A stretch of 64,000 bases of DNA from assembly GCA_002633005.1 (NCBI GenBank), contig NMRA01000578.1:197952-261951 (forward strand). Direction: 5' to 3'. Below the pieces are notes generated by a model, which worked only from the letters and a program-made list of their open reading frames with translations, was not told the origin of the DNA and made no database searches. Below, one piece after another: positions 1-11,796 of this stretch (positions are counted from its first letter, which is position 1; the number at the start of each line of letters is the position of its first letter). A program made the translations under genes and the position numbers. The stretch comes from Phoronis australis. Taxonomy: Eukaryota; Animalia; Phoronida.

Positions 1-3000
1 CATTTTTGTCGCCAAATCACCACTCGACGGCAATTTGAAGAGATCGAATGAAAGAAAGTATTCTAAGAGTTGTCCGATGCTAGTTTCGTGGAGTTCCATG
101 CACATTTGAGTAGAAAATTCTGAGCAAACAGATTTCGAGTGTCCAACCTTTATGCTTTCTTATATATATTATTGAGTGACGTCATTTGCGATAAACCCAA
201 GCGCCTGTGCTCTCATCTTGGTCTCCATAATTGTCCAGTTCTCGCTCAAAATCGTCTTCGTCTTCTGACCTGCTGTGCTCCGCCATTGCAACTGATTGCA
301 ACGTTATCTACCCATCACATTATTTAGCGGAAAACTTAAAAATAACAAATTTTCTTCAAAATTAAAAAAACCTCGCTACTGTTTGGCATAAAAAGTGCTT
401 ATTTAATTAAACTTTGTAGTATTCGTTTTGCATTAGCAAACAGAAACCTCAAAAAACTAAGGAAATGCGTTGTGGGAACTCGTTAAAGTCCTTGAAATCG
501 CCAATTACTTATCAAAAACACCAGAAAACAACCCCAGCAGTCGATCAGAACACCCCCAAAAACTATCTGACAATATGTTAATTAGATGGTCTCGAGTTAC
601 GAACATCTATTGGTCGAAACATACTACGTAAAATAGGGACAATCAATCACAGCACTAGTCATCCTAAATTGTGTTTAGTTTGAGAAGTGGTCAGATACTG
701 CCGTTTTCCCGTCGTTTGTGATATAAGGAAGGGCGCTGTGGTGGTTGCAATAACTTTAAATTTAACCATCATTTAGCTCTTCTCATTTTCCCGTGGGACA
801 TCGGAGAAGCGCGGATATGGCTTAGTTTTGTACACTAAACTCGCGTGTTGGTGGACACGATACACTGACGTTAGGTACATCCATACCTCACACTCGTGTC
901 AGCGACGCTAAGAAGCTTTCAACTGAAGTCTCCTTCAGTCTAATTTCTAGTTTTTGGGATATTGAATTCACGATTGTGATATGCAGTGCTATAAAGGAAG
1001 GTTTAATGGGGGGTTTTGAGCAATTTAAATCGCACCTGATACTAGCAAATAACAGAAAAAGAAAACATTTACCATGTTTGGAAAGTGAATTTATTTCAGT
1101 TTGTGCTTGTCCAGTCTGAGTTTCAATTTTGTGTACCCAGGCTTATATTCAGATGATCGTGAGGTCTATCACATGTAACATCGCGCAAGTATTTTTCCCG
1201 GTTCGTTCTCCGTAAATCGATGATCTGCTCTGTAAGTATTCCAAGCTCATCGAAAAAAGATCCTTTTGCTTTCGTCGGAATGAATGTTTGTGGGCTCAAA
1301 TAGATGACGATTCTTTGTGCTTTACATTTTCCCTCTTCCTGATTGAATGGAATTAATAGCTTGACTGAAACTACCCATAAGAAAGACGCTGTTGCCATGC
1401 ATACGGCACTCTCGAGCAATTGCTTCTCCTAAATATTATCGAATGTTATTAAGATTCTATTTCACAACGTTCAAAAATGCCTTAAGGACGCCCGTTTTAT
1501 TTTGATACAATTTACCTGAAGCAAAGATAACACAATTTCACGTGAAAATTGATCACCTGGTCGACGTCGCCGTCACGAGCTCGACTGGCTGTAGCTGAAC
1601 GGAAACATAAACCAGTCACATCTTATTGTCGGATGGGAAAAAAGCAACTTGTGCAAAAGTAAGTTTGGCTGTAAGTCGGAGTCGTTAAAATTTCATGTCA
1701 TTTTTGATGACACGATGAAATAATGGGTCGAGTACGCCTGAAAGGGCACGAACATGTTTTGGCTAAAATAATCCTGATAAAAACGTTCGAATGATTCCAG
1801 TCCGTGACGTGAAAGAAAAAATAACATTAAATTTGTTTTCAAATGTGTAGTTGCAGTTATTCTATGACCGGAAACTGGCCCCTAATTTAGTCTACTCCTC
1901 TCCACTTCCCTAGGTATCCCCACAATTAGCTGTTTCATCCCGCTTCTTTCTGCTACGACATACTGATGTCAATCAAAAGATATTCATTTGAATTTTCGTT
2001 ATCGACTAGCCATAAATTAAATTTAACTTGTTAATGCATTTATGGTCATTACTTTGACATTAGTCATTTTTATTGTTACATCTACTCTTAGGGTTTACTA
2101 TTCATTACTTCTTTCTATTTACATCCTCCGGGTTCTACTTTTGTATTCATACACCTCTCTACGCGACAGCTGATTGGTCACTTTTCCTTTGATCAGTACA
2201 GTGTGGTCTAGCTCATTCGGCCACCTACCTCGTTGCCAACAAGACCTCTTCGTTTTTTCTCAGTATTTTTTCTCGACTCCGTCTGGGGAGTTAGTTTTTA
2301 TTTCCTTTATTATATTTTATCTGATAGACCCTTCAGGCCTTTTTGTTAGTCGTTATTTTTCTCTTTGTACATTTTCTGTTAGGCCCTTCAGGCTTTTCTT
2401 AATACTTTTGTTTTTTTCTTGTATTAAGGGTACTTCTATGAACACGCCGGTGGCATTTTTTCCATGCCCATCTCACAGAGTCTTCTTTTTTTCTTCCATA
2501 ATAAATGACATTATTCACAATCCTCATCTTGATGTACTCTGCAAAATAGCTCGTCGGGCAAAATAGATTAGATATAGAAATATTGTCATCAAATCTCGAT
2601 TCACATAAAATCTCCTTTTTTCTCGTCGATTCCTCCAGCGTTTAAACCTCTTCTGCAATAATTCGACACACGCTGTTCCAACAAGTGTCTGCGTCGCTAG
2701 GTCCACTTGAACCAGGACACACACCCACATTAAAACTTATGGTCAGTTCACCTGCCAACGGCACCTTGCAGATTCCTACAACTATAGAGAAAACATGGTT
2801 CAGTAAACAAAATTGGTTTTGGCGTACCTATATGTTACTAACCATCCAGGTCGGATTCCCTATTCTTCAGATTATTTCATGGTTAATTTAAAAGTTACTC
2901 AAATGATTATTGTTCAGTTGTTTACCCGGAGATAATCTGAATTTCAGTCGTCCTGCCAGATGTTACAACTTATTTTACCTTTAGTAACTCATGCTTGAAA

Positions 3001-3050
3001 GTGTACACTCGAAGAACCTATAAAAACAACGGATTTCATTTTATCGGTGA

Positions 3051-3686
3051 AGTCTTAAGATTTATATAGTTTTACGTACTGGTAGTCTGCTGGTGCATAT
3101 TGAGTGGTATGTCCTGGAAAATGGTGCCGTCTATGGCAGCAGGACTTTTGCATTCCTTGTTGTTGATTTTGAAGAACCAGCGACTGCAACCAGCACCCGT
3201 GGTGGGCGAGGTCATCACGCGCAAGTTACCACTCCACGTGAGTTTTAGTGAGGAATTTATTTTCTTTTTCAAGAACTTGACTGACTGAAAGAAATAGTAA
3301 CATTTAACTAAACCGACCTAATGCACTAATGGACGGATAATTAATACTTTTTGTCTTTGTTAGTTTTCGTTTCTTAATGGAAGACAATAAAGCAAATTTA
3401 GAAACCAACTTAAGTTTTCCTTTCTGCTTGCTTTTATCTTCCAGAAGAACCACAACCAGAAGAAGAAAGTATGTGGTCCAACAGAATTACCAAAGCCGCC
3501 GTCTGGACCCAAAATCCAATTTTCGAAGTTAAATTCCATCCGGGTTTCTGCTCTATTTTAGGAGGCACTCGTGCAAACGGACTTACTTATTATACAAATA
3601 AGGTCTACGCGTTCGCTTATTATGATGCCTTCAAGCTAGAAACTCGAGTTCAGATTTCATGTTTTAATTCGAGCTTATACATTTAA
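3051..3686 (+). pseudogene. Two-exon orphan coding relic (3051-3237 joined to 3445-3686), product unknown
   Basis: Open frame SLKIYIVLRTGSLLVHIEWYVLENGAVYGSRTFAFLVVDFEE...VTTP ends at a GTGAGT donor (3238). Polypyrimidine acceptor tttatcttccAG at 3444. The phase-1 join is in frame with ORF 3471..3686 (QEPQPEEESMWSNRITKAAVW...). No start codon; stops flank it. Confidence 0.4.
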
Positions 3687-3972
3687 ACAGCGAATTTGCA
3701 TTATCTTAACTTGAACCTCTGCCTTTAGTTTGAAAATTCGATTTCGTTTGAGAAACGAATCCACCAGCCTTGTTCAGGAAGATACTACACCATGAGCTGT
3801 CAACCATCTTTTTTAACAACCACTAGAGGTCAGTAGAGAGGCATTAATTCTTCATCTACTAAATACGGACAAAGCTTCCAGAATCTCTGCAGAACATCCT
3901 AGTGATTAGGTACCGCCGATAACAAATTTCATATAAAACGTACCACAATTTCTCCAATGTCTTTATGGACAC

Positions 3973-4352
3973 TTAAATTATTCCACTCGTACTGCTGAAG
4001 GTTTCTGCAATAAAAATGGAGTTTTAATCAGTGAAAGTGTCGTTATGGCTTAAAATTTACTCACTATATATTTTAAAGTATTTAACATCGTGTGTTAATA
4101 ACTTTTAACACAAATAAATGATACAATCTACGCTTGAAATAAATTATAGCCAACAGTACAATGGATAATTTCTCGATGTAGCAGAAAGTGGCAAGTGTCA
4201 GGGTTCAAAATTATTCCATGGGTACGATTCTAAATTCTATCTACGATCCCCTAAGCTCTAGACCTAGACCATAAAACACCAATCCAGAGGTTGTATCCCA
4301 TAGATGCAAACATAACGCCAAAAATTCTCCGATACCTAAGGAGTAGATTCCT
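3973..4352. repeat. Dispersed copy of the segment that follows the Kolobok in array units 1 and 3
   Basis: ttaaattattccactcgtactgctgaagg...gagtagattcctcat aligns with 25103-25510 and 51461-51872. Confidence 0.85.
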
Positions 4353-4913
4353 CATCAGGAACCAGGTTTGGGTCTGGTGTTTTGTCCCCAGGTATGGAGT
4401 TTGGTCAACGACTATGGAACATTTTCGGCGCGTGAGTAGAGTTTATGGGCGTGGATTTGGTATTTGCTAGTCAGGGACTGGGAAAAGTAAATAAAATTTA
4501 GAGCCGCGGCAACGGAATTGTTTCCTCCCTCTGAAATTTGCACTAGGAAATCTCAAACCTAGTTTGTTAGTTGGAGAGGAAACTGAAATTTGAAATTTCA
4601 AAACTCTCCGTGCGTCAGGATGCTGATTCATGCACATGACTCTGCTCTAATATGTCCATCCGTTTAAGTACGGGCAAAGATTTTCTAATCTTGTCATCGG
4701 TTATAAAATTGTGAACAATACATTTCTGTACTTGGCGCAGTTAGCAACTTTCGAGATTTTAAAAAATATGTTTACTCAAAGCGAGTAATAGTAATTAATT
4801 ACCTGCCGCTTGACTCTAGCACCTAGAATTAAAGAGGATGTTTTGTCAATATTAAAACAAACCTTGTTTTACTAAATACACTAGCAATAATACAAAACGT
4901 AGAGTCAGTTATA

Positions 4914-5308
4914 TAGGGTGTCCCAAAAATGTACCCACACTTCAGGACGGCGGCAGGTGTTCAAATTCAGTTTCCGTGGATCACACTCTGCGCCCAGGCC
5001 TACTGTATGATTACACCAGAGTTCCTGGGTTATACCTTTCTGTGGAGCTAATAGCGCGGTAATTGAAAACAACTCTGTTTTTGAAGAACGAAAATTTAGC
5101 GCGCACCATTACACGGTGGGGCTCAAAGATGTCAAGGAACGGTAAAAACAACTCAAAAGACATTTTCACAAAAAACTAACTATTCCTTTTGATTGAAAGA
5201 CTTAATTTTTTGTGACGACTTCCGCCATGAATTTAAAACCAGTAATCTTGTCGATACACAATTCAGTTATTGTCGTTTAAAGTGTGCGTACATTTTGGGG
5301 ACATCATG
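4914..5308. mobile_element. Tc1/mariner-type MITE
   Basis: TIRs (T)AGGGTGTCCCAAAAATGTACCCACACTT / AAGTGTGCGTACATTTTGGGGACATCATG, flanked by TA on both sides. Confidence 0.7.
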
Positions 5309-5576
5309 TATTAGAACTTGTTTGTAATGCCATCTGATAATAAACATCCGCTCGTGCTACATACTATTATGTAAGGTAACTTAAAACGAAATCATTTGTC
5401 ATCAGTCGCTGTTCCACTGGCACAATGAACCACTTGAGGATTTCGAAACTTAGTACAAAAGTGAGGTAAAAAATCGACATCTTGTCGCATGACTGTAAGG
5501 CCTGTAGCCCTGGACATGGAAAACTAGCGTTAACTCTTAACAATCCTTATCGAATTCCTACTGTGCAATAATACAG

Positions 5577-5727
5577 CCTCCCGTTCAGCAACGCTAGGAC
5601 CTCGCTAAAAAGCAAGATTTCGCGAGATTACGTGAGATATTGCCCTATACTTTAACTGAATTCACGTGATTTTGGCTAGATTTTAGCTAGGTCCTAGCGT
5701 AGATCCTAGAGTTACTGAACGCACGCC
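5577..5727. mobile_element. Short MITE, PIF/Harbinger-like; second copy at about 12225-12345
   Basis: Inverted ends GTTCAGCAACGCTAGGACCT / AGGTCCTAGCGT...TACTGAACGCACGCC, with a near-identical copy inside the 12121-13460 element. Confidence 0.6.
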
Positions 5728-7029
5728 AGGTTAGCACCATGAGGCAAAATGAGACAAAAACACATTGCTTCAGCTGTCTTACAAAAGGTCTAAGGGTTTA
5801 CCTGCAAGCGTTCTTCAAGCTTCTGAAGTTTATCTGAAATTAAAAGAATTGCGGATTTAATTCTATAGACAAACTCTGTTTCTAAGTCCGTGTACACCGG
5901 TAACGCATTTCCGACGTAAGTAAACCGCGATTAATGAGGCAGTGTTACACGTTGGCCATAAATAACGGTGTCGAATTCGGTGAAATTGTGAAAGAAACAG
6001 AGAGATAATTACCACAACAGAAGTGCTGAGCACCAACTATGCTGGCAACCAACACGTAGTACAAAATTATGCGCAAGAGCATCTTCATTGTAAAGTAAAC
6101 AAGTTGCGTGTTATTGACTGGCGAATCTACAATCTACGCAATTAAAGTTTGATGCGAGACTTTATATATGTTCTGTGTTACTTCCGATAAAGCTTAAAAA
6201 CTAGGTTAAGGTCAGAAAAGTTATCATTTTTGAAAAATGCATTCTGTAAAAAGCTACCGTACTAGTCGCATAGATTGTCACCTGTGGAATGCGAAGACAT
6301 CGACTTCTAGATAATAGGTTTAACATCTATATTTATGCTAAATTGTAAGGAGTGTGAAGTATTATAGCACTATTAATATGTTGTGCGTGTGAAAGCGCAT
6401 GTGGGTGTGCATTTAATGTCCCTCCGCACCCTTTCCTTGTTTACTATTCGTGTTGCTAAGATGGTGAAATAAAAACACGTTATGCGCATTTGGCAATATT
6501 TCGTTGCAATGAGCGCTAACCAGTGGTGTAACGAGTCGTAGATGCGTGTAAGCCCATTTATTTCGCAAGTCAACTCTAGAGCATTGGCTTGCTTAGCCGA
6601 TGCGGTCGTATTATCATTCTTATGTAACCAGATGCAGTATTTTCAGACGAAAAAGCACGACATAATCTTGATACATTGGGCATCAAAAATAATACCAAGG
6701 GACCATTTCTGTCTTCGATAACTTCTTCTTCCCTTCCTTTTGCCTTTGATGGTTAAATTTTGAGTAGATTCACGAAATGTCAAATTCAACGACGTGTTGT
6801 TTGGCAGTTTTAGGTGAGCTGTCTCTTCGACGAGACGGTCCCACCACATAAATGTGTAGCGTTTTCTCACCATAGGTGGCACTCAATAGTTTTCCATATT
6901 TTTGCCTCCCGTCCCCATGCAGAGGGAACTGAGTTAAATCGGTTTATTTCTTGTCTACATCAAAACCACAGAATATGAAACATATGCAGGTGCCATGCTA
7001 AAAAACGAGCAAAATACACAAAATTGGCT

Positions 7030-7716
7030 GTTTTTTACCCAAAACCACAACTCGTATGCGACTACTAAGCACCAGCAGACAACAAACTCAAAATGCCAAA
7101 ACGCTCCAGATGCTAAAAATTGGGAAGACAATGGGTGTCGTCCACACCGTTTTTCTAACCTGAAAACTCTGACGGGTACCTGAATTTGCAGCCACAGCTT
7201 GCCTTGTCGACAGGAAGTGGTAGATTGGAAGTCATATTCGGTTTTCAAGCTGCAAATTGTCAAAGTAGTGGTTTTGCTGACAAACCGAAAAATGTTCCAG
7301 CAAGTATACTGGTTGATATCTCGTCTACATGTTCCTTTAAGCCGTGTGGTAGTGTACAAATTTCTAGAAAAAAATAAAGCCTTTGAAAACTTCTTGGATC
7401 ACTCAGTAGGGACAGGTAACTATTTTTTCTCTAACATGCCAACCGAGAAATTGAAAAACGAAAAATTAAAACATCGAAAATTGAATCAATTTTCTAATTT
7501 TCCGATTTCGTTGAAAATTAATTTGATCCTTTCGCACACAGACCTTCTGGACTGACTGCTGGTGGACGAATCCGGTGGAGTCGCCTCTGGTGTTCAGATT
7601 GCTTGTGGACCGGACTTTAATGAGAATCAATTTGCTTCTTATGTCATAGAGCCACATTTAGGTTTCATAACGCGCCTTGTAGAAGGTAAAACCCACGAAG
7701 AAATTTCCACAACGTT
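7030..7716 (+). mobile_element. IS3EU-associated segment ending in the transposase N-terminus (GFITRLVEGKTHEEISTTL)
   Basis: Aligns with 25530-26220, which continues into the IS3EU-type transposase, and partly with 51895-52130. Truncated at about 7716. Confidence 0.65.
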
Positions 7717-8142
7717 GAGTAAATAAGTAAATTTTTATTATAGTGACATGTGTTCGTACAGATGGATTAAAACAATAAATACGTAACAAAATACAGGAAC
7801 ACTCAGTCCACCACGGGGCTTATAAGTCATCAGTGGAGGGGCCTGTCATATACAGCGACCACAACTCCGGCTCTATGGTAGCGGTACTGTACTGCTCATA
7901 GTGAGGAATCCAACCTGTCCTAGCGTGATGTGCAACAAGTCAAACGTCTTGCCTGCACTCCGGAGGGGGGGTGAGCTTCAATGAATATGGAGGTAAATCC
8001 GAGACAAGCATCGGTCCGTTTCCCATTGGTTGCGACTACCTTTTTCCCACATTCCCTGCCACTCCTCTACCAGGGTCACGGCCCCACGCGGGTTGTAGCG
8101 GTGGACAGGATTGTTCATCCATGAACAACACTACCCATGTGT

Positions 8143-8579
8143 CACATACTGAGCCACAACACCACGTTCCTTACAATATCTTTTTTATCACTCCGGCTGT
8201 TCCGCTCACTCAGCTTGTCCCGAACCTGCTTTGTAGGTTGTTATAGCCCAGTTGGTGTACTCACTTGGTACTTTATATGATATTTGCTCATTTGGCAGTT
8301 TGTACCAATTTGATAGTTGTTATTGAATTTGCCGTTTTGCTCTACCCGCTTGGTAGGCAATCGGCCAATACACATTTGGTATTATGTACACACTTGGTAC
8401 TATGCTAACCTGTGCCACTTAGTATCCGATACTCAATTACACATTGGGTATCGTAAACGTTATCTCTTGTAATTAAGGAGCCCAACTGGTTCCTTAAGTG
8501 AATTTGTATAGACGTGACCCTGAAATTCCCAATACAACCTAAAATATATATTATTCGTGATGTTTTATTTGTCCCCAAT
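8143..8579. repeat. Direct repeat copy A (about 435 bp)
   Basis: cacatactgagccacaacacc...ttttatttgtccccaat is repeated at 9031-9464; internal short repeats of the (g)tacccatttggta type. Confidence 0.9.
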
Positions 8580-9030
8580 TATGAGATTTATGGCACTCTG
8601 ACATAAATCCTATTATTTGGGCAAAAAACATTCTACAGCCCTTCAGGCTTCATATTCAACTCCTAGTTAGTTCCTACCTAGTCCGATGGTAGCGCTGTTT
8701 GTTCTTTCTCTCCAGCTTCGTGTTGGCCCAGCCTGAAGCAACAGTACATTCACTTTTAAGTTTTCCCAATTAGACAATTTGATACCTCTCCCACCCTCCC
8801 TACCCAGGGTTCCACAACAACCGATTTATACGTTTCCCACCCTCCCTATCTTTTGTCGAACAAAATCTGCTGTTGCTTATTATTGTTATTGCAGCCACTG
8901 CGGGTACCTCCTTCAAGCCTGGAGCGTGTTACCGTCAAGCAAGAAAAGACGTCATAGGCTAGCGACCAGACCTGTACTCGAGTGTCCATCACTGCACCTT
9001 GCCTTTCTCTACCCCGGTCACAGTTCTCAG

Positions 9031-9464
9031 CACATACTGAGCCACAACACCAAGTTCCTTACAATGTTTTTTATCACTCCGGTGGGTCTGCTCACTCAGC
9101 TTGTCCGGAACCTGCTTTGGAGATTGTTATAGCCCAGTTCGCTGTTTGGTGTACCCACTTGGTACTTTGTATGATATTTGCCCATTTGGCAGTTTGTACC
9201 CATTTGGTACTTATTTTTGAATTTGCCGTTTTGCTCGACCCTCATGGTAGGCAATCGGCCAATACCCATTTGGTATTATGCTAACTTATGCCACTTAGTA
9301 TCCGATACTCAATTACACATTGGGTATCATAAATGTGTGTGCTATCTTTTGTAATTAAGAAACCCATCTGGTTCCTTCTGTGAAATATTCATTTGTAGAG
9401 CTGTGACCCTGAAATTCCCAATACAACCTAAAATATTATTCTTGTTGTTTTATTTGTCCCCAAT
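9031..9464. repeat. Direct repeat copy B (about 435 bp)
   Basis: Diverged copy of 8143-8579. Confidence 0.9.
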
Positions 9465-9799
9465 AAGTCACTTTAGATACATGAAAAAACAAAAAGAAAA
9501 ACATGTGTACACGCATTGCAAGAGGACCAAAAAGAGAACCCAGCGAAAAGAGTGATCACAAATAAACAAAAAAAATTCCGTACCTCAAAAATTCTTTTGA
9601 TGAAGAATGCAGTTTTCCTGATACTTAATCTCAACTTTAGAGTAAAAGGTGTTTCTGGCATCTAAGAAAACCAAACAGAAAATGTACTTCAGTTTCGACC
9701 CGACCAGTGTGACAAAGACAGCAAATTCCAAAGAACGAAAAAGTTCAATCTCAACCAATAGCTGTGGCGTTCCTGTTCTGATTTGAGCAAGAATTGACA

Positions 9800-9910
9800 T
9801 AAATCTGACCGTCCCTGCAATGACGACTTCTATGAGTTGTGCACTATGTTGGCAGAACGCTCACTGAAGTTACAGAGGCTGCAGACTTGTTTATCCAGTT
9901 GAGACATCAT
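9800..9910 (+). pseudogene. IS3EU-type (integrase-core) transposase C-terminal remnant
   Basis: Translates to KSDRPCNDDFYELCTMLAE...(frameshift)EVTEAADLFIQLR, resembling the PCDxDxFELC...EAxxLYxxLR C-terminus of invertebrate IS3EU-type transposases. Confidence 0.5.
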
Positions 9911-11176
9911 TGCAGCTGCACTGTACACTGTATTTAATTCATAATGCTATTATGACCGTGTGGTGTATATGGTCGCATTTAGGCGCATGGGCCCATAGTC
10001 GAAGGCATAAAGTTTCAAAGTGAGCCCAACAAAACGTCTAGTCCGAGTGACAATCCCTTTTCGTTGTCTCGACTCTTCTCTCAAGGCGAGTTCGTATTGC
10101 TCATGACGAATTCAAACAGGTAGCCCAGATCCCACACTGTGTAAACACATACAATTTTCATACCAGATGTGAATGTCTGCAGTGAAAAGTAAATAGCAAT
10201 TGTAGAATATTTATTTAGAAAAAAACAGAACTCTTAAATCCACATCACTCCACATCACTCAGTAATAACAAGTCTCATAAATTATCAATAATGTCGTACT
10301 TGCAACTGCACGCAACATGATTGCCCTTGCGATAACTAAACAGACGGTTAAAACATGGCACTTCGAAACAATTCACTACTTACACACTTTGGTGGCGCTA
10401 CAAAATGATTGTTGAGCATTGTTTTTTAGGACACAATGCCTCGTTTTAGCATTAGTTTTTCCGGGATTTTCCGTAGATAAGCCCAGGGGCGTGTATTCGA
10501 AAAATGGAAATTTTTAGACGCTTTAATAACACCAAATAAACGCCTCGGCGTTTATTCGGAAAATGGGGGCGTATAAACGGAAGGTCATAGGTTTCCTGAC
10601 ATTGACATTTTTTACTTAAAAACGCGTTATGTTTTCGCTGGCACTTTGTTCGTTTTTATAAATGATAAATGCTCCACAAACTGAATTTGTGACTAAACGT
10701 TGACGCTTAGTGGGCTTTTAAGAGGATATTTCCGAAAAAACGCCCCACTCTCTGGGCACTGACGTCAGAAGTTGTAACACCAAATAAACGCCCATGGGTA
10801 AACGTGAAAGCGCGCGTGTATCAAACATGCAGAACCATTGTAGTTTGGACACAACACCTCATTCTCAAGCATGATGGCGAATTCTTGCAAGTAGTGAATT
10901 GTCAGCACGCAAACACAACAAATCGACTTATACATTACAAAATGGTGTCTACTAATTTAAAAAACGATTTCAACAGTTCACCAGTCTGTTCCGTGCCTAC
11001 AGATGGAGGCCAAAATACTGTCAAACTTGAAAGCAACAGTGCAGTAACCTAAGAACCATGATTTTAGACAAAATCGCAAACGTTTCAACAATGACCGACT
11101 CTGAAAACTAACTCAGGTGTATCATGTTTACCCAGTTTGTGACAAACCCAGAACGAACTTTAAACCGTAGAATACT

Positions 11177-11323
11177 CTATCGATAGAGATAGTAAGGCTA
11201 TTGATAGAGATAGTAAGGCTATCGATAGAGATAGCAAGTCTATCGATAGAGTTAATAAGTCTATAGATAGAGTTAGCAACGGAGAAAAAATAGTTGCCTT
11301 GCCGTCCTTTTGCAGCCACCGTA
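11177..11323. mobile_element. Probable IS3EU right terminus with five subterminal 21-bp tandem repeats
   Basis: Five units of ctatcgatagagatagtaagg (11177-11281), then ...tgcagccaccGTA (reverse complement TACGGTGGC), matching the TAY..RTA terminus described for IS3EU. Confidence 0.55.
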
Positions 11324-11796
11324 CCACCGTATACAGTAACCGTATGCGTGTAAATTGTATTACAATTAGTGTTTAAATTCAGAATTTATAGGTCATCAGT
11401 TTCAGTGCATGCCCATAAAAGAATCGCGCAATGGGTGGTAAGGTGTGGGTCAGCGGATATCAACGAATATGATGTGCACACAAGTAACAGCACGAAGTAT
11501 CTCTTCCAGGTAACAGTGAGTGATTTATAAATGCTCATGAACTGAAACGCCTTGGGAAATTTTCGCTTCTGATGGGGTTGGTTCCCTCTTTGTATTTTGG
11601 GCGATTTTGGGTGTGACAAGCCTTTGCAAAATTCTTAGTTTTGCTTCACGCAGCATTCGGAATGGCAATTAGGAAATTCAGTTATCCTTGTTTCCATCAT
11701 TCCTAACCTTAAGGAATATCAATCCAACGAAGATAGTATTCATTTTATATCCTAACATGTATTAAATTCAACTGACTCAACTGAATACCCCTTAAA

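Noticed and set aside
139-1870. Short ORFs at the window start (e.g. 1123..1419)
   Set aside because: No recognisable motif, and the frames are broken by stops; no product call can be supported.
8143-9464. LTR pair of a retrotransposon or TRIM
   Set aside because: No TG..CA ends, primer-binding site or TSD visible; kept only as an unexplained direct repeat.
11177-11281. Possible CRISPR array (palindromic 21-bp repeats)
   Set aside because: Repeats are head-to-tail with no unique spacers, there are no cas genes and the context is eukaryotic.
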